DNA of 64,000 nucleotides from a virus: positions 36,840 to 100,839 of the IMG/VR virus record IMGVR_UViG_3300042731_008016; one strand, 5' to 3'. The notes beneath the pieces are model-generated. The model saw nothing but the letters and a program-made list of their open reading frames with translations, was not told where the DNA came from and searched no databases. Numbering within the stretch: the stretch's first letter is position 1; the number at the start of each line of letters is the position of its first letter. This document shows positions 39,242 to 49,544 of the stretch, in pieces. The position numbers and the translations under genes were made by a program.

Positions 39242-39864
39242 TGAACAAGGACTTTTATAAGTTCAATCGACAATGGGATGTATTTGGCACTACTGTTGGT
39301 TATCAGCAATATATTGACAATAGAAACAAAAATCTAACTAATTTTTCACGTGTTTTTGAAGTTTTAAAGATGACAGGAGGAAATCTTAAAAATAAAAGAC
39401 TTATCGAATTTGGATGTGGCTACGGTTCATTAACAGAAAAATTAGTTAAAAAGGTAAGTTTTGTTCATGGTGTAGATTTTTCCCAAAATCTAATTCGTAA
39501 AGCAGAGTATAGACTTAAAAATACACCGAACTTTGCTGTTTCAAAAATAATTAGAGATTTTTCTATTCTAACTGACCTTTCGGCAAATGTAGTTTTGGCT
39601 GTTTCGATACTCGAACATTTACCAGAAGACATGGCAAAACGAGTCATACAAGACGCTAGAAGAGTTTTAAAGAGGGGAGGTCATTTAATAATCAGACTTC
39701 CATTAGAGCCAAAACATAAAGTCGTTTATAATGAATTTATTCCAGCCTTAGATACAGTCTATTGGACTATCGAAGAAGTTGAGAAAATGGCTAAAGAATA
39801 CAAATATGAGTACGTAGCAAGTATTGGATTTTATTCAATTTTCAAAAAAATAGGCGAAATATGA
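39238..39864 (+). CDS. SAM-dependent methyltransferase
   Basis: IEFGCGYG; LEHL; RVLKRGG. Confidence 0.88.
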   Translation: MMNKDFYKFNRQWDVFGTTVGYQQYIDNRNKNLTNFSRVFEVLKMTGGNLKNKRLIEFGCGYGSLTEKLVKKVSFVHGVDFSQNLIRKAEYRLKNTPNFAVSKIIRDFSILTDLSANVVLAVSILEHLPEDMAKRVIQDARRVLKRGGHLIIRLPLEPKHKVVYNEFIPALDTVYWTIEEVEKMAKEYKYEYVASIGFYSIFKKIGEI

Positions 39865-40745
39865 AACCAACAATATCAGTTTTTTTATTCACACACGTAG
39901 GAGACAAACCACATTTAGTCAACTGTTTTAATTCCATAATTGATTTAAAACCAGATGAAGTATGCGTTTGTAACACGACTAAAGACTCATACCTATCAAG
40001 AGATTATCAAAACTGGATTAAGAATAAAGCTGGTGAGTTAGACTTACCAATAAAAGTTGGGTATCACAAATGGAATGGAAGCTATAAAGACTGTTGTAAT
40101 GCTGCCCTAAATATGTGCACTATGGATTGGGGAGTTAGAGTAGATTCTGATGAAATGCTCACAAAAAAGCTCTGTAAAGACCTAAGAGATAAAATTTCAA
40201 GTTTACCACCTCACATTTTAGTTTTAAGGCCAAAAAGAATCAGTATTCTAGATGATGATCGTTGTCTTGCTAACCTGTGGAAGGAAGATCATAAGAGGCT
40301 ACCAAAGGGAAGTCATGGGAGGATTTTTAAACTAGGACATGGCAGATATGTTGGAAGCGATATTCATGAAACATATCAATATCCAGGCAGGTTAAATATT
40401 CGCTGGGACTCACCAGATCATCCTAAAATGGATTGGCAAGGATACTACATTGTTCACCTATGGCTTTACAAAGACAATTTCCTAAGACGCTGTTGGGCTG
40501 TTCAAGATTTCCCATTTGATAAAATAATAAATGAGTTAAAAGAATCTGGTAAGTCAAAAAAGACCGTTTGGAAATCTGCAGCTAAAACTTTCTTGGAAAA
40601 GAGAAAGTGGTCAGTAACCAAAATTCCAAAAGATAAAGTGAGCTGGGTTCCAATAGAGTGGGAATTAAATAAACATTGGCTTAAAAAATACGATGATTAC
40701 TGGAATCATCAATATAGTGAAAATATTGAAGGAAAAGTAAAATGA
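39861..40745 (+). CDS. GT2-like glycosyltransferase
   Basis: VDSDE DxD motif; IHE. Confidence 0.65.
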   Translation: MKPTISVFLFTHVGDKPHLVNCFNSIIDLKPDEVCVCNTTKDSYLSRDYQNWIKNKAGELDLPIKVGYHKWNGSYKDCCNAALNMCTMDWGVRVDSDEMLTKKLCKDLRDKISSLPPHILVLRPKRISILDDDRCLANLWKEDHKRLPKGSHGRIFKLGHGRYVGSDIHETYQYPGRLNIRWDSPDHPKMDWQGYYIVHLWLYKDNFLRRCWAVQDFPFDKIINELKESGKSKKTVWKSAAKTFLEKRKWSVTKIPKDKVSWVPIEWELNKHWLKKYDDYWNHQYSENIEGKVK

Positions 40746-41749
40746 AAATAAATATTTACGATAATAGTGACAAACCACAATACAATCCAAACACCATGAA
40801 AAATGTTGGTGTAGGTGGAACTCAAACAATAATTATTGAATTGGCCAAAGAGCTTCAAAGCAGGGGTCATGATGTCACTGTTTATATAAGATGCAATTTT
40901 CCAGATATCTACGATGGTGTGAAATACATGCAATATTATGACTACAAACCTGAAGGTGAAGATGTGCTGATTGGTTTTGAAAGTTTCCCAAAAGCATCTG
41001 ATACTAAGAAGTTAATTAACTGGTCAACAAGAATTGCCGTTAAAGACATTACTAGATATCCAGATGTCGATCATATTGTAGTTTTAAGTGATTGGCACAG
41101 AGATCGATATGCCTCGGAACTACCAAAAGAATTCATGCAAAAAATGGTTGTAATTGAACCTGGAGTTAGAGAAGAATTTTTTAAAGAAACACAAAAATGG
41201 GACTATAGCATTAGTTACGCTGGCCATCCTTTTAAAGGAGGAATGAAGTCTCTGATTGAATTTGCTAGAAGATTAAAACCAAAAATGAGACATGCTCAAA
41301 TTCACGTTCATGGTGGTGGTGGACTCTGGGGATGGGATGACGATCAATATAGAACTCTTTATGATGATTTGATTAAAAATAAAATTTTATTCCATGGCCA
41401 GGGTGGAAAAAAGAGAATGTTAAAACAACTTGGAGGTAGTCAAATTTTTCTATATCCAGTTGGAAAACATATCCAGGAACCATTTTCACTAATGGTTTTA
41501 GAAGCCATGGCCTCTGGATGTGTAGTAATTGCCAGCGATAATGGATACATCAAAAATATAGTTGGAGACACTGGCTATATTATTGGAGGAAATATTGATG
41601 ACTACAAATGGCACTTGACAGCGATGGAAATAATTTTGGAACTCTTCAACGATCATGATACACTAGAAGAATTGAGTAAAGATTCGAGAAATAAAGTAAG
41701 AGAATATACTTGGGCAAAAACAGCAGAGAATTTAGAAAACCTGTTATAA
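40742..41749 (+). CDS. GT4 glycosyltransferase
   Basis: GGT; EPFSLMVLEAMASGC. Confidence 0.88.
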   Translation: MKINIYDNSDKPQYNPNTMKNVGVGGTQTIIIELAKELQSRGHDVTVYIRCNFPDIYDGVKYMQYYDYKPEGEDVLIGFESFPKASDTKKLINWSTRIAVKDITRYPDVDHIVVLSDWHRDRYASELPKEFMQKMVVIEPGVREEFFKETQKWDYSISYAGHPFKGGMKSLIEFARRLKPKMRHAQIHVHGGGGLWGWDDDQYRTLYDDLIKNKILFHGQGGKKRMLKQLGGSQIFLYPVGKHIQEPFSLMVLEAMASGCVVIASDNGYIKNIVGDTGYIIGGNIDDYKWHLTAMEIILELFNDHDTLEELSKDSRNKVREYTWAKTAENLENLL

Positions 41750-41776
41750 AAGTTAAACAGAAAGGAAACTATTGTT

Positions 41777-41890
41777 ATGAAAATAGGAAGTCAAATAAGT
41801 GGTATCTATAAATATTGGACAGGCAAAAAAAGGTCTAAGGAGACGAAAAAGAAGATAAGTTATAAATTATCAGGAGGTAAAAATGAATAA
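41777..41890 (+). pseudogene. collapsed GIY-YIG/NUMOD3 homing endonuclease remnant (37 aa)
   Basis: ISGIYK joined directly to YWTGKKRSKETKKKIS. Confidence 0.6.
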
Positions 41891-42365
41891 TAATTTAGTA
41901 ATAGGATACGCTTACGTTGTGGCTGACCTAATACACATCGGTCACCTTAAACATCTTCAAGCCTGCCGAGGCTTATGTGACAAACTTATAGTCGGCGTCC
42001 TCACTAATGGTGCAACAATGGAAAGGAAGGTCAAACCTATCATCTCTTTTGGTGAAAGGTTAGAGACCATTAAATCTCTTGCGTACGTTGACGTAGCAGT
42101 CAAACAAGAGACTTATTCTCCATTGCCAAACGTTGCCCAATTAGAGCCAGACATATTGTTTGAAAGTACAAGTCATAAGGAAGAGGATTTAGCTGATGCT
42201 AAAAAAGTGTTAGGTAAGTATGGTGGCAGAATGATAGTCATGCCTTATTACGCTGGCCAGAGTTCCACCGCCATCAAGAATAAGATATTAAAAACATGGT
42301 CGCACACTGAAGAGGTGCACCCTAAAGTTATAAATTTAGAAGGAGGTCAAAATGACAAGTCATAA
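41883..42365 (+). CDS. cytidylyltransferase (HIGH family)
   Basis: ADLIHIGHL; LIVGVLT; ERLE; SSTAIK. Confidence 0.88.
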   Translation: MNNNLVIGYAYVVADLIHIGHLKHLQACRGLCDKLIVGVLTNGATMERKVKPIISFGERLETIKSLAYVDVAVKQETYSPLPNVAQLEPDILFESTSHKEEDLADAKKVLGKYGGRMIVMPYYAGQSSTAIKNKILKTWSHTEEVHPKVINLEGGQNDKS

Positions 42366-42744
42366 ATTGTCGATGCTTAAAAGCATTATCTGGAGAATCA
42401 TGGGCGTTATTGTCCTAGCTTCAGTAACATATTTTTTTACTAGGAAGTGGATTACCACGACTTATATCACCTTCGTACACCATGCCACTTTCTTGCTGGT
42501 TTTCTACCTGCATGAGAGAGTGTGGATGAAGCTGTACGACAAAGATGCTCCGTGGAGAAGAGTCGTCAAAGCCTTTACCTATGAAATTATTCTAGGTATG
42601 GGAATTGGTGGACTAATTGTATTTTTCTTCACAGGAGAATGGTCTAAGGTAACCCAAATCACTGGTACGTATACAGTTATCAAATTGATAATGTACTACA
42701 TCAATGAAAAAGTCTGGGCCAAAATCGAAAACAAAAACAAATAG
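42352..42744 (+). CDS. DUF2061-like membrane protein (tandem repeat)
   Basis: KSIIWR...YLHERVW / KAFTYE...YINEKVW. Confidence 0.7.
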   Translation: MTSHKLSMLKSIIWRIMGVIVLASVTYFFTRKWITTTYITFVHHATFLLVFYLHERVWMKLYDKDAPWRRVVKAFTYEIILGMGIGGLIVFFFTGEWSKVTQITGTYTVIKLIMYYINEKVWAKIENKNK

Positions 42745-42751
42745 GAGGAGT

Positions 42752-43438
42752 ATGAAAATACTGATTACAGGTCACAAAGGCTTCGTTGGTAAGCAGTTGT
42801 TTGAAAGGCTTAGAAACGAGGGCCATACAGTCATTGGTTATGATAAAGGGGATTCATTCCCTGAACAAAAGATTGATATAACCTTTCATTTGGCAGCAAA
42901 CCCAAAAGCCCTTGAGTCGGTGAAAAACCCCGAGCTTGCCATGGAGAACATTCAGCTTACATTCAACGTCCTTAATTGGATGAGAACCTCTGGGCTCTGT
43001 AATAAGATTATTTTTGCCTCCTCTACTAAGATTCCTGGATTGGACACGCCATACAGCGCTTCCAAGTTTGCATCAGAGAATCTAATTGAAGCTTTCTGTA
43101 AGTCATATAACTTTGGTGGAGTTTGTTTAAGATTCTCCAATCTGTATGGTCAAAATGACCGCAGCGATAGGTTCATTCCTATTGTGATTGAGAAAGCGTT
43201 GTCAAACGGCCAGATAGAGATTTATGGCAAAGAAGGCAGTTTTATCTACATTGATGACTGTATCGATATTTACGTTAAAACTATGGATGCAATGGAGATA
43301 GGCAAAAATAAAGTTTATTTGGTTGTTAATGAAAAATCATCTTTAGTTTCAGTAGCTGAAAAAATAATCAAACTCACTAACTCCAAAAGTATGATTAAAT
43401 TAGATGAAGGGCTAAAAAAATGTTTAAAACAGCAATAA
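42752..43438 (+). CDS. NAD-dependent epimerase/dehydratase
   Basis: ITGHKGFVG; YSASK; LRFSNLYG. Confidence 0.88.
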   Translation: MKILITGHKGFVGKQLFERLRNEGHTVIGYDKGDSFPEQKIDITFHLAANPKALESVKNPELAMENIQLTFNVLNWMRTSGLCNKIIFASSTKIPGLDTPYSASKFASENLIEAFCKSYNFGGVCLRFSNLYGQNDRSDRFIPIVIEKALSNGQIEIYGKEGSFIYIDDCIDIYVKTMDAMEIGKNKVYLVVNEKSSLVSVAEKIIKLTNSKSMIKLDEGLKKCLKQQ

Positions 43439-44265
43439 GTGGAGCTAGTGGATTTATAGGCTCACATCTATCTTCACTGATGCGACCTTCTATAAAAATA
43501 CCAAGAGACCTAATTGATGACTTTACCAATATAATAATCACATTAAAGGGGATGGATACTGTTGTTCACTGCGCTTCTTATGGTAATCATAGTTCTCAAA
43601 TAAATGAGCCTGAAATTTTTAAAGTAAATGTTAAGTACACAAATGATCTTTTGAGAGCCTCTCAAGTAATTGGAGTAAAGAATTTTATTTACTTTAGCTC
43701 TTCTTCCGAATTGGGAAAAAAAGATAAACCGATGCACGAGGAGATGGTGGCAAGGCCAGAAACTATGTATGGAGTATGTAAGGCTTGTGGGACTCAATTA
43801 ACAAGATATTATTCAAAATACCTTAATACAGTAATCGTTAGACCATTCTCGGTCACAGGAGTTGATGAGCAAGAAAAACACCTTATTCCTACACTCATAA
43901 GAAGCTGTCTTTATGGTGAAAAAATGAAGTTTGTTCCTGAACCAGTACATGATTTCATAGATATAGAAGATTTATGTCAGGGAGTGCTTTTACTTCTTAA
44001 AAACATAAAGAAAGTCAACGGTGAGATTTTTCATTTAGGTTGTGGAATACAATATTCAAATCAAGAGGTTTTAGAAATAGTTGAAGAAGTAACTGGTAAA
44101 AAAGCAAATATTGAACTCGTTGAAAGCTTGAGGAGTTATGATGCTAAAATCTGGACAACCAGACATGAAAGTAAAATTAAAACTCTAGGTTGGAAGCAAA
44201 CTAAAACTCTAGAGCAATCAATTAGGGAGATGGTGCAACATGAAATTAAAACAGAGAATAATTGA
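43420..44265 (+). CDS. NAD-dependent epimerase/reductase
   Basis: SGASGFIG; YGVCK; RPFSVTG. Confidence 0.88.
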   Translation: MFKTAISGASGFIGSHLSSLMRPSIKIPRDLIDDFTNIIITLKGMDTVVHCASYGNHSSQINEPEIFKVNVKYTNDLLRASQVIGVKNFIYFSSSSELGKKDKPMHEEMVARPETMYGVCKACGTQLTRYYSKYLNTVIVRPFSVTGVDEQEKHLIPTLIRSCLYGEKMKFVPEPVHDFIDIEDLCQGVLLLLKNIKKVNGEIFHLGCGIQYSNQEVLEIVEEVTGKKANIELVESLRSYDAKIWTTRHESKIKTLGWKQTKTLEQSIREMVQHEIKTENN

Positions 44266-44848
44266 CATATCATATCACTTGGGACTTACCCACATTGGAA
44301 GCTGTATCAGCTCAGTGGATGCACTTGATAGGATTTATTCTGTCAAAAAACCAGATGAGGTATTTATTTTAAGCAACGGTCATGCAGGGTTAGCCTTATA
44401 TGTAGTGCTTGAAAAACACGAAGGTATCGATGCTGAGTATTTATATAAAAAACACGGAGTTCACCCAAATAGAAATCTAGCAGATAGAATATATTGTTCT
44501 ACTGGTAGCCTTGGACAAGGACTACCAATAGCAGTTGGGATGGCCCTTGCAGATCGTTCTAAGAAAGTCTATTGCATGATTTCTGATGGTGAATGTGCCG
44601 AGGGTAGTATTTGGGAGTCATTAACAATTGCCAAGGAAGAAAAATTAGACAATTTAAAGGTCTACCTCATTATAAACGGCTGGGCAGCATACAAGGAAAT
44701 CAATATTGATTATCTTATAAAAAGAATTGAAGCATTTGAATTTCCAGTTGAAATTGTTGAGACCACAGTAGAACAGTACCCTTTCTTGAAGGGATTGGAC
44801 GCTCACTACTGTAAAATCGGAAAGGAGGATTATGAAAAGATACGATAG
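44240..44848 (+). CDS. transketolase-like ThDP enzyme, N-terminal subunit
   Basis: HIGS, LSNGHA, STGSLGQGL, SDGECAEG. Confidence 0.9.
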   Translation: MKLKQRIIDISYHLGLTHIGSCISSVDALDRIYSVKKPDEVFILSNGHAGLALYVVLEKHEGIDAEYLYKKHGVHPNRNLADRIYCSTGSLGQGLPIAVGMALADRSKKVYCMISDGECAEGSIWESLTIAKEEKLDNLKVYLIINGWAAYKEINIDYLIKRIEAFEFPVEIVETTVEQYPFLKGLDAHYCKIGKEDYEKIR

Positions 44849-45329
44849 CATGAGAGGCTGGTTTGCCTTTGAGCTTTACCAGCAAATGAAAAAGAATAAA
44901 AACATTTGGCTAATAACAGGGGATTTGGGCTACAAAATGTTTGATTTTATTCGTGATGAGATTTCAGATAGATTCGTTAATGCTGGGGCAGCAGAACAAA
45001 GCATGATAGGAATTGGAGTAGGGTTAGCCCTAGAGGGCAAGATTCCATTTATCTATTCAATTACTCCTTTTTTACTCTACCGACCTTTCGAAACAATCAG
45101 AAATTATCTAAATAAAGAGAAGATTCCAGTCAAGTTGGTTGGCGGAGGACGAAATAAGGATTATAATGAAGATGGATTCTCTCATTGGTCAGAAGAAGAC
45201 AAACAAGTTATGAAGATATTCCCGAATATAAAATCTCACTGGCCAGAGACAAAGGAAGAGATTCCTGATTTAATGGAATCAATAATTAATAATATTAAAC
45301 CAACCTACTTAAATTTAAAAAGATTATGA
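44832..45329 (+). CDS. transketolase-like pyrimidine-binding subunit
   Basis: TGDLG; NAGAAEQSMIG; RPFE; GFSH. Confidence 0.88.
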   Translation: MKRYDSMRGWFAFELYQQMKKNKNIWLITGDLGYKMFDFIRDEISDRFVNAGAAEQSMIGIGVGLALEGKIPFIYSITPFLLYRPFETIRNYLNKEKIPVKLVGGGRNKDYNEDGFSHWSEEDKQVMKIFPNIKSHWPETKEEIPDLMESIINNIKPTYLNLKRL

Positions 45330-46060
45330 AAAAAGTAACAGTTTGCACAATATTTTGGCATAGAGTAAGGAGATACACTGAGATATTGCAATCGTGGATG
45401 AATCAAGAAGAGGTAGATCAAATTCTTGTTTGGGACAACTCAGGAGAACTCAAAACAGATGTAGAAGGCGTTCATGTCATCAGTTCAAGTAAAAACATTA
45501 ATTCTAGATGGCGCACCCTCTTAGCCCATCTTGCTAAAAACGACTTAATCATCCTCGCTGGGGATGATTTTATTGCTCATAAAGGTTTAGTTAAAGATTT
45601 ACTAAAACACTGGGAAGAGAACAAACTGATCGGGATAATGGGTAAAAACTTCACTGGAGACACTTACTATACAGCTACAGGTCTCCGTTCACATAGCACA
45701 GATAAACCAGTAGAAATGGATTACATTTGCACCAATATTTGTCTGATCCACAGAAAGCACGCAATAGACATTGATTTAAGGGAAATACCATCAGTCTTTA
45801 TAGACGATTGGTGGTGGGAACAAAAATTGATGAAAAAGGGCGTAAGCCTTTGGGTCGTGCCAACTAAAAAATGGTCAGAAATTCCAGAAGGCAAAGATAA
45901 TGTCTCTCATCATATGGACCCAAGATTGAAAAAATTAAGAGAATTATATTTCAGAAAATGGATCAAAAAAGAGGACATCGATCCTTGGGATCTATATAAA
46001 AAATATTTATTAAATACTGGCCAAGAACAGGCGAAAGGAGATAACTATGCTAAGAGGTAA
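45326..46060 (+). CDS. GT-A fold glycosyltransferase
   Basis: ILVWDNS; GDD; DD; paralog of ORF 48800. Confidence 0.65.
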   Translation: MKKVTVCTIFWHRVRRYTEILQSWMNQEEVDQILVWDNSGELKTDVEGVHVISSSKNINSRWRTLLAHLAKNDLIILAGDDFIAHKGLVKDLLKHWEENKLIGIMGKNFTGDTYYTATGLRSHSTDKPVEMDYICTNICLIHRKHAIDIDLREIPSVFIDDWWWEQKLMKKGVSLWVVPTKKWSEIPEGKDNVSHHMDPRLKKLRELYFRKWIKKEDIDPWDLYKKYLLNTGQEQAKGDNYAKR

Positions 46061-46733
46061 TTATAATCGTGATCCCTATAAAAGACCTTTTGATTTACTT
46101 CTAAAAAGTAAGAAAGGCTTGGTAGGAGCAGAGGTTGGGGTTTACAGAGGTCAGCACGCCAGAGAAATACTGACTGATTTAGATATTAATAAATTGTATT
46201 TAGTCGATCCGTGGCAAAAATATGATGAATACAATGAAAAGAAACTTGGTAATCAATTAGAAGAAGCGTACTACGATTCTAAAAAACTACTAAAAGAATT
46301 TGATGATGGCAGAGTGGTTTGGTTAAAAGGATTCTCCGTTGATATTGCCAAACAAATTGAAGATAACAGCCTAGATTTTGTTTACATTGACGGTAATCAC
46401 TTATATGAGTTTATCAAACAAGATATTGAAGTATGGACTCCAAAGTTAAAAGAAGGTGGGTACATTGGTGGACATGATTTTGATAGTAATGTTGACAAGG
46501 TAACTCTTGAAGGGGTCGAATATGGAGTAAATAAAGCTGTTAGAGAATATTGTAAAAAGAACAACATCAAATTTGAATCTAGATGGTGTAATCCCCATGA
46601 CGCTGGAGAGGCAAGCTGTGATTGGGCCTTCAAGAAAGGTGGCAAGATAGAAAACTGGGGTAATGTAAGCGAGAGAGCAGCAAAAATAGTAAGTTTTGTT
46701 TCAAAAGCAAAAACAGAATTTAATAAACTTTAA
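46047..46733 (+). CDS. class I methyltransferase (Methyltransf_24-like)
   Basis: AEVGVYRG; VDPW; DFVYIDGNH; GGHD. Confidence 0.88.
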   Translation: MLRGNYNRDPYKRPFDLLLKSKKGLVGAEVGVYRGQHAREILTDLDINKLYLVDPWQKYDEYNEKKLGNQLEEAYYDSKKLLKEFDDGRVVWLKGFSVDIAKQIEDNSLDFVYIDGNHLYEFIKQDIEVWTPKLKEGGYIGGHDFDSNVDKVTLEGVEYGVNKAVREYCKKNNIKFESRWCNPHDAGEASCDWAFKKGGKIENWGNVSERAAKIVSFVSKAKTEFNKL

Positions 46734-46739
46734 TAAACT

Positions 46740-47261
46740 ATGAAAAAAGAACATCCTTGGGAAATTGAACCACAAGTATATCCATTAATTTATGGATTAG
46801 TACGGGCTATTAAGCCTAGTCAGGTGGTTGAAACAGGGACGTTCACTGGAAAAAGCACAATTAGCATAGCCAAGGCGCTTAGAGACAATAAGCGTGGATT
46901 CTTATGGTCAATTGATATTAAGGACTTTGAAGCTGGAAAACGGCTGGAAGAAGAAAAACTAACTAAATTTGTTAAACTCATCATCGGTCAATCTCCACAG
47001 GCATTAGAAAAAGTAATGTCTAAAAATGAGATTGATTTTGTTTTTCTCGACAATGGACATCTCTATCCTACTGTCTCTGCAGAATTGGAAATAGCTCACA
47101 AATACCTCATTCCTGAGGGATATGTCATGGGGCATGATTATCGACCTGAGCACAAGGGTGTTTTCCCTGCAGTCAATGATTTCTTGGCTAGGCATAAAGG
47201 TGAATACGAGAAAGTTACGATTACCAGTGAGAATGGATTTTTTATAATTAGAAAATTATGA
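46740..47261 (+). CDS. class I methyltransferase (Methyltransf_24-like)
   Basis: VETGTFTGKS; DFVFLDNGH; GHDY. Confidence 0.88.
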   Translation: MKKEHPWEIEPQVYPLIYGLVRAIKPSQVVETGTFTGKSTISIAKALRDNKRGFLWSIDIKDFEAGKRLEEEKLTKFVKLIIGQSPQALEKVMSKNEIDFVFLDNGHLYPTVSAELEIAHKYLIPEGYVMGHDYRPEHKGVFPAVNDFLARHKGEYEKVTITSENGFFIIRKL

Positions 47262-48037
47262 AGTGGATAAATAAACTACATAACAAGTATAAAAATAAAG
47301 AGATCTGGGTTGCTGGTTCAGACGCAACATTAATCAACTATCCAGACAATTTTTTTGATGACAAAATTGGTATTACTCTTCATTTAGCTTACATAAAATT
47401 TCCAAAAGCTACTTATAGATATTTTAATGAAAGAGATAGATTTCTTTTTCTTCAAGAAAAATTCCCAGAAATTTTAGATCAAATTAATATTTTTGGGTTC
47501 CCTTTTTACAATCGCAGTGAACAGCTTTCTACCGAAGCAATTGGTGAAGCATGGGAAAAGGGCTATCGATTAAAACTTAGACCATATCCCCCCAATGGAA
47601 ATCCTGGAGCTATATTTAATGATTCTGGTCCTAATGCAATGAGAAAAATGGTTGGAGAAGCTATTAAAGGAGAGAGATTAGAGTATGGTGGCCATGGAAC
47701 CTGTCTACATCCTTGTTGTTATGTAGCAATCATGATGGGCGCTGCTAAATTAAATATCATTGGCTGTAACTTTAAAAATATTGGAGGAAAAGAACATTTT
47801 GGAGAAGCTCACAAGATCGATCACGATATGCGTCCACAAACCCCGTCTTTTACTGGCTACAGAGGAACTAGAATGACTAGAGGACTTGAAGCTATCATAG
47901 CTGGTTGTAAGGATCATGGCGTTAAAGTTAATTGGATAAAAGACTATGATAAAAAAACCAAACAAATTGTGTATAGGGATTCGAACCCTAAACAGAACAG
48001 ATTATCTAAAAAGGTCTCTGGATTCACTCCTCTCTAA
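47258..48037 (+). CDS. Maf/DUF115-like putative sugar transferase
   Basis: KYKNKEIWVAGS; AIMMGA..LNIIGCNF...HF. Confidence 0.5.
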   Translation: MKWINKLHNKYKNKEIWVAGSDATLINYPDNFFDDKIGITLHLAYIKFPKATYRYFNERDRFLFLQEKFPEILDQINIFGFPFYNRSEQLSTEAIGEAWEKGYRLKLRPYPPNGNPGAIFNDSGPNAMRKMVGEAIKGERLEYGGHGTCLHPCCYVAIMMGAAKLNIIGCNFKNIGGKEHFGEAHKIDHDMRPQTPSFTGYRGTRMTRGLEAIIAGCKDHGVKVNWIKDYDKKTKQIVYRDSNPKQNRLSKKVSGFTPL

Positions 48038-48812
48038 CACAGATTTAGAGGGAGTTGATTTTCACTTCATTCAGGATGGGGCTGTCAGTAGGTATACGAG
48101 CATAAGATATGCCTCAGACGAATCAATAGAAGAAAACCTAAAACTCCTTAAAGAAGTAGATCTCCCTAATAAAGAAATTCTAGTAAAGCCATTTAATACT
48201 GGTACATCAATTCATAAAGAACTTCAACTAGATATCTTCTTCCCCAGGTATGAGTATGCCATTATGTGTGATGATGACCTTATTTTCAGTAAAGACTATA
48301 TTGCTAACGTTAAAAAACTGTTTGAACAATTTAAAGATGATCCGAAAGCAGGAATGCTTCAAACATCATTTAGGCATACTGGTAAGAAATTCCAAGGTCT
48401 AAAAGAAGCGAAAAAGCTAAATGATAGCGTATCCTATGGCTTTTCTCATCGATGGGAACAAGGATTCTGGAAAGAGAGTGCCGAGAAAATTAAACCAATT
48501 ATTAGACCCTACTTCGATTTAATAAGAAATATTGATTTTAACAAACTGTGGAGACAGCTTGGATCTTACCAAGAAATTCGCAAAGAGATAGCCAAAATAT
48601 ATGGAGTTGCTTTTGCTGGAGATCATGTCTTAGAGGTTAGTACCCAAATGGCTGGTTATTCAGGGTTACATACAAACATTAATCTTCACAAAACTATTGG
48701 TAAAAGGGGAGATTATAGTTTCAAGGGAGGAAGGTTCGATGGAGGTTCTTATGGTAAAATCAAATTACACCAATTAGGTGAAGTTGAAAGGTATAGATTA
48801 TGTCAAGAGTAG
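47946..48812 (+). CDS. GT-A fold glycosyltransferase
   Basis: IQDG; CDDD. Confidence 0.7.
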   Translation: MIKKPNKLCIGIRTLNRTDYLKRSLDSLLSNTDLEGVDFHFIQDGAVSRYTSIRYASDESIEENLKLLKEVDLPNKEILVKPFNTGTSIHKELQLDIFFPRYEYAIMCDDDLIFSKDYIANVKKLFEQFKDDPKAGMLQTSFRHTGKKFQGLKEAKKLNDSVSYGFSHRWEQGFWKESAEKIKPIIRPYFDLIRNIDFNKLWRQLGSYQEIRKEIAKIYGVAFAGDHVLEVSTQMAGYSGLHTNINLHKTIGKRGDYSFKGGRFDGGSYGKIKLHQLGEVERYRLCQE

Positions 48813-49543
48813 GAGTCTTTATTTTAAACTACATGCGACCAGATACTACACCAAAAGTAGTTGATTCTGTTTTGCACCAAAGTATTAAACCAGATGTGAT
48901 TTTTGTTTGGAATAATAATCCAAAAATTACAGCAAACTTTTCTGGTTGTATAAACATTAATTCACAAGAAAATTTTAGATGCTTAATAAGACATGCTGTT
49001 GCACTTGCAAGGCATGATATTGATTACTGGCTATTTATTGATGATGATGTTCAATTAAAACCAAAGGCTCTAGAAAACTTCATACATTACTCTAAAAAAT
49101 ATCCCAAATCTATTATTGGTTATTATGGCCGAAATATAATTGAAGCTCCTGGATATTATTCTCTAGATAGAAGCAATTGGTTTACTGGAGTTGAAAAAGA
49201 AGTCGATATGATTATGGGTATGGTTCATTTTTGTCATAGAGATAAATTAGTAAATTCATTTTTACTAAGAAAAAAACTTCCAGATATGCCAATGACTGAA
49301 GATGATATTATTTTAAGCTTGAGTAACAAATATATTGATAAACAAAAAAATTATGTAATTCCATATACTAATGAAAGTGGACCAATCCCTATGGGCAGCA
49401 ATCACTTAGGATTAAGTGCTCAAGGAGGACATTCATCTAGAAGAAAAGAGATTGTAAAAATTATTACTGAATGGGCTGGTATCTCAAAAAAGATGCCAGA
49501 TCCAAAGGTTCCACCACAGGGACCTCATTTTAAGGAGCTCTAA
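48800..49543 (+). CDS. GT-A fold glycosyltransferase
   Basis: VWNNN; FIDDD; EDDI. Confidence 0.7.
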   Translation: MSRVGVFILNYMRPDTTPKVVDSVLHQSIKPDVIFVWNNNPKITANFSGCININSQENFRCLIRHAVALARHDIDYWLFIDDDVQLKPKALENFIHYSKKYPKSIIGYYGRNIIEAPGYYSLDRSNWFTGVEKEVDMIMGMVHFCHRDKLVNSFLLRKKLPDMPMTEDDIILSLSNKYIDKQKNYVIPYTNESGPIPMGSNHLGLSAQGGHSSRRKEIVKIITEWAGISKKMPDPKVPPQGPHFKEL

Positions 49544-49544
49544 T

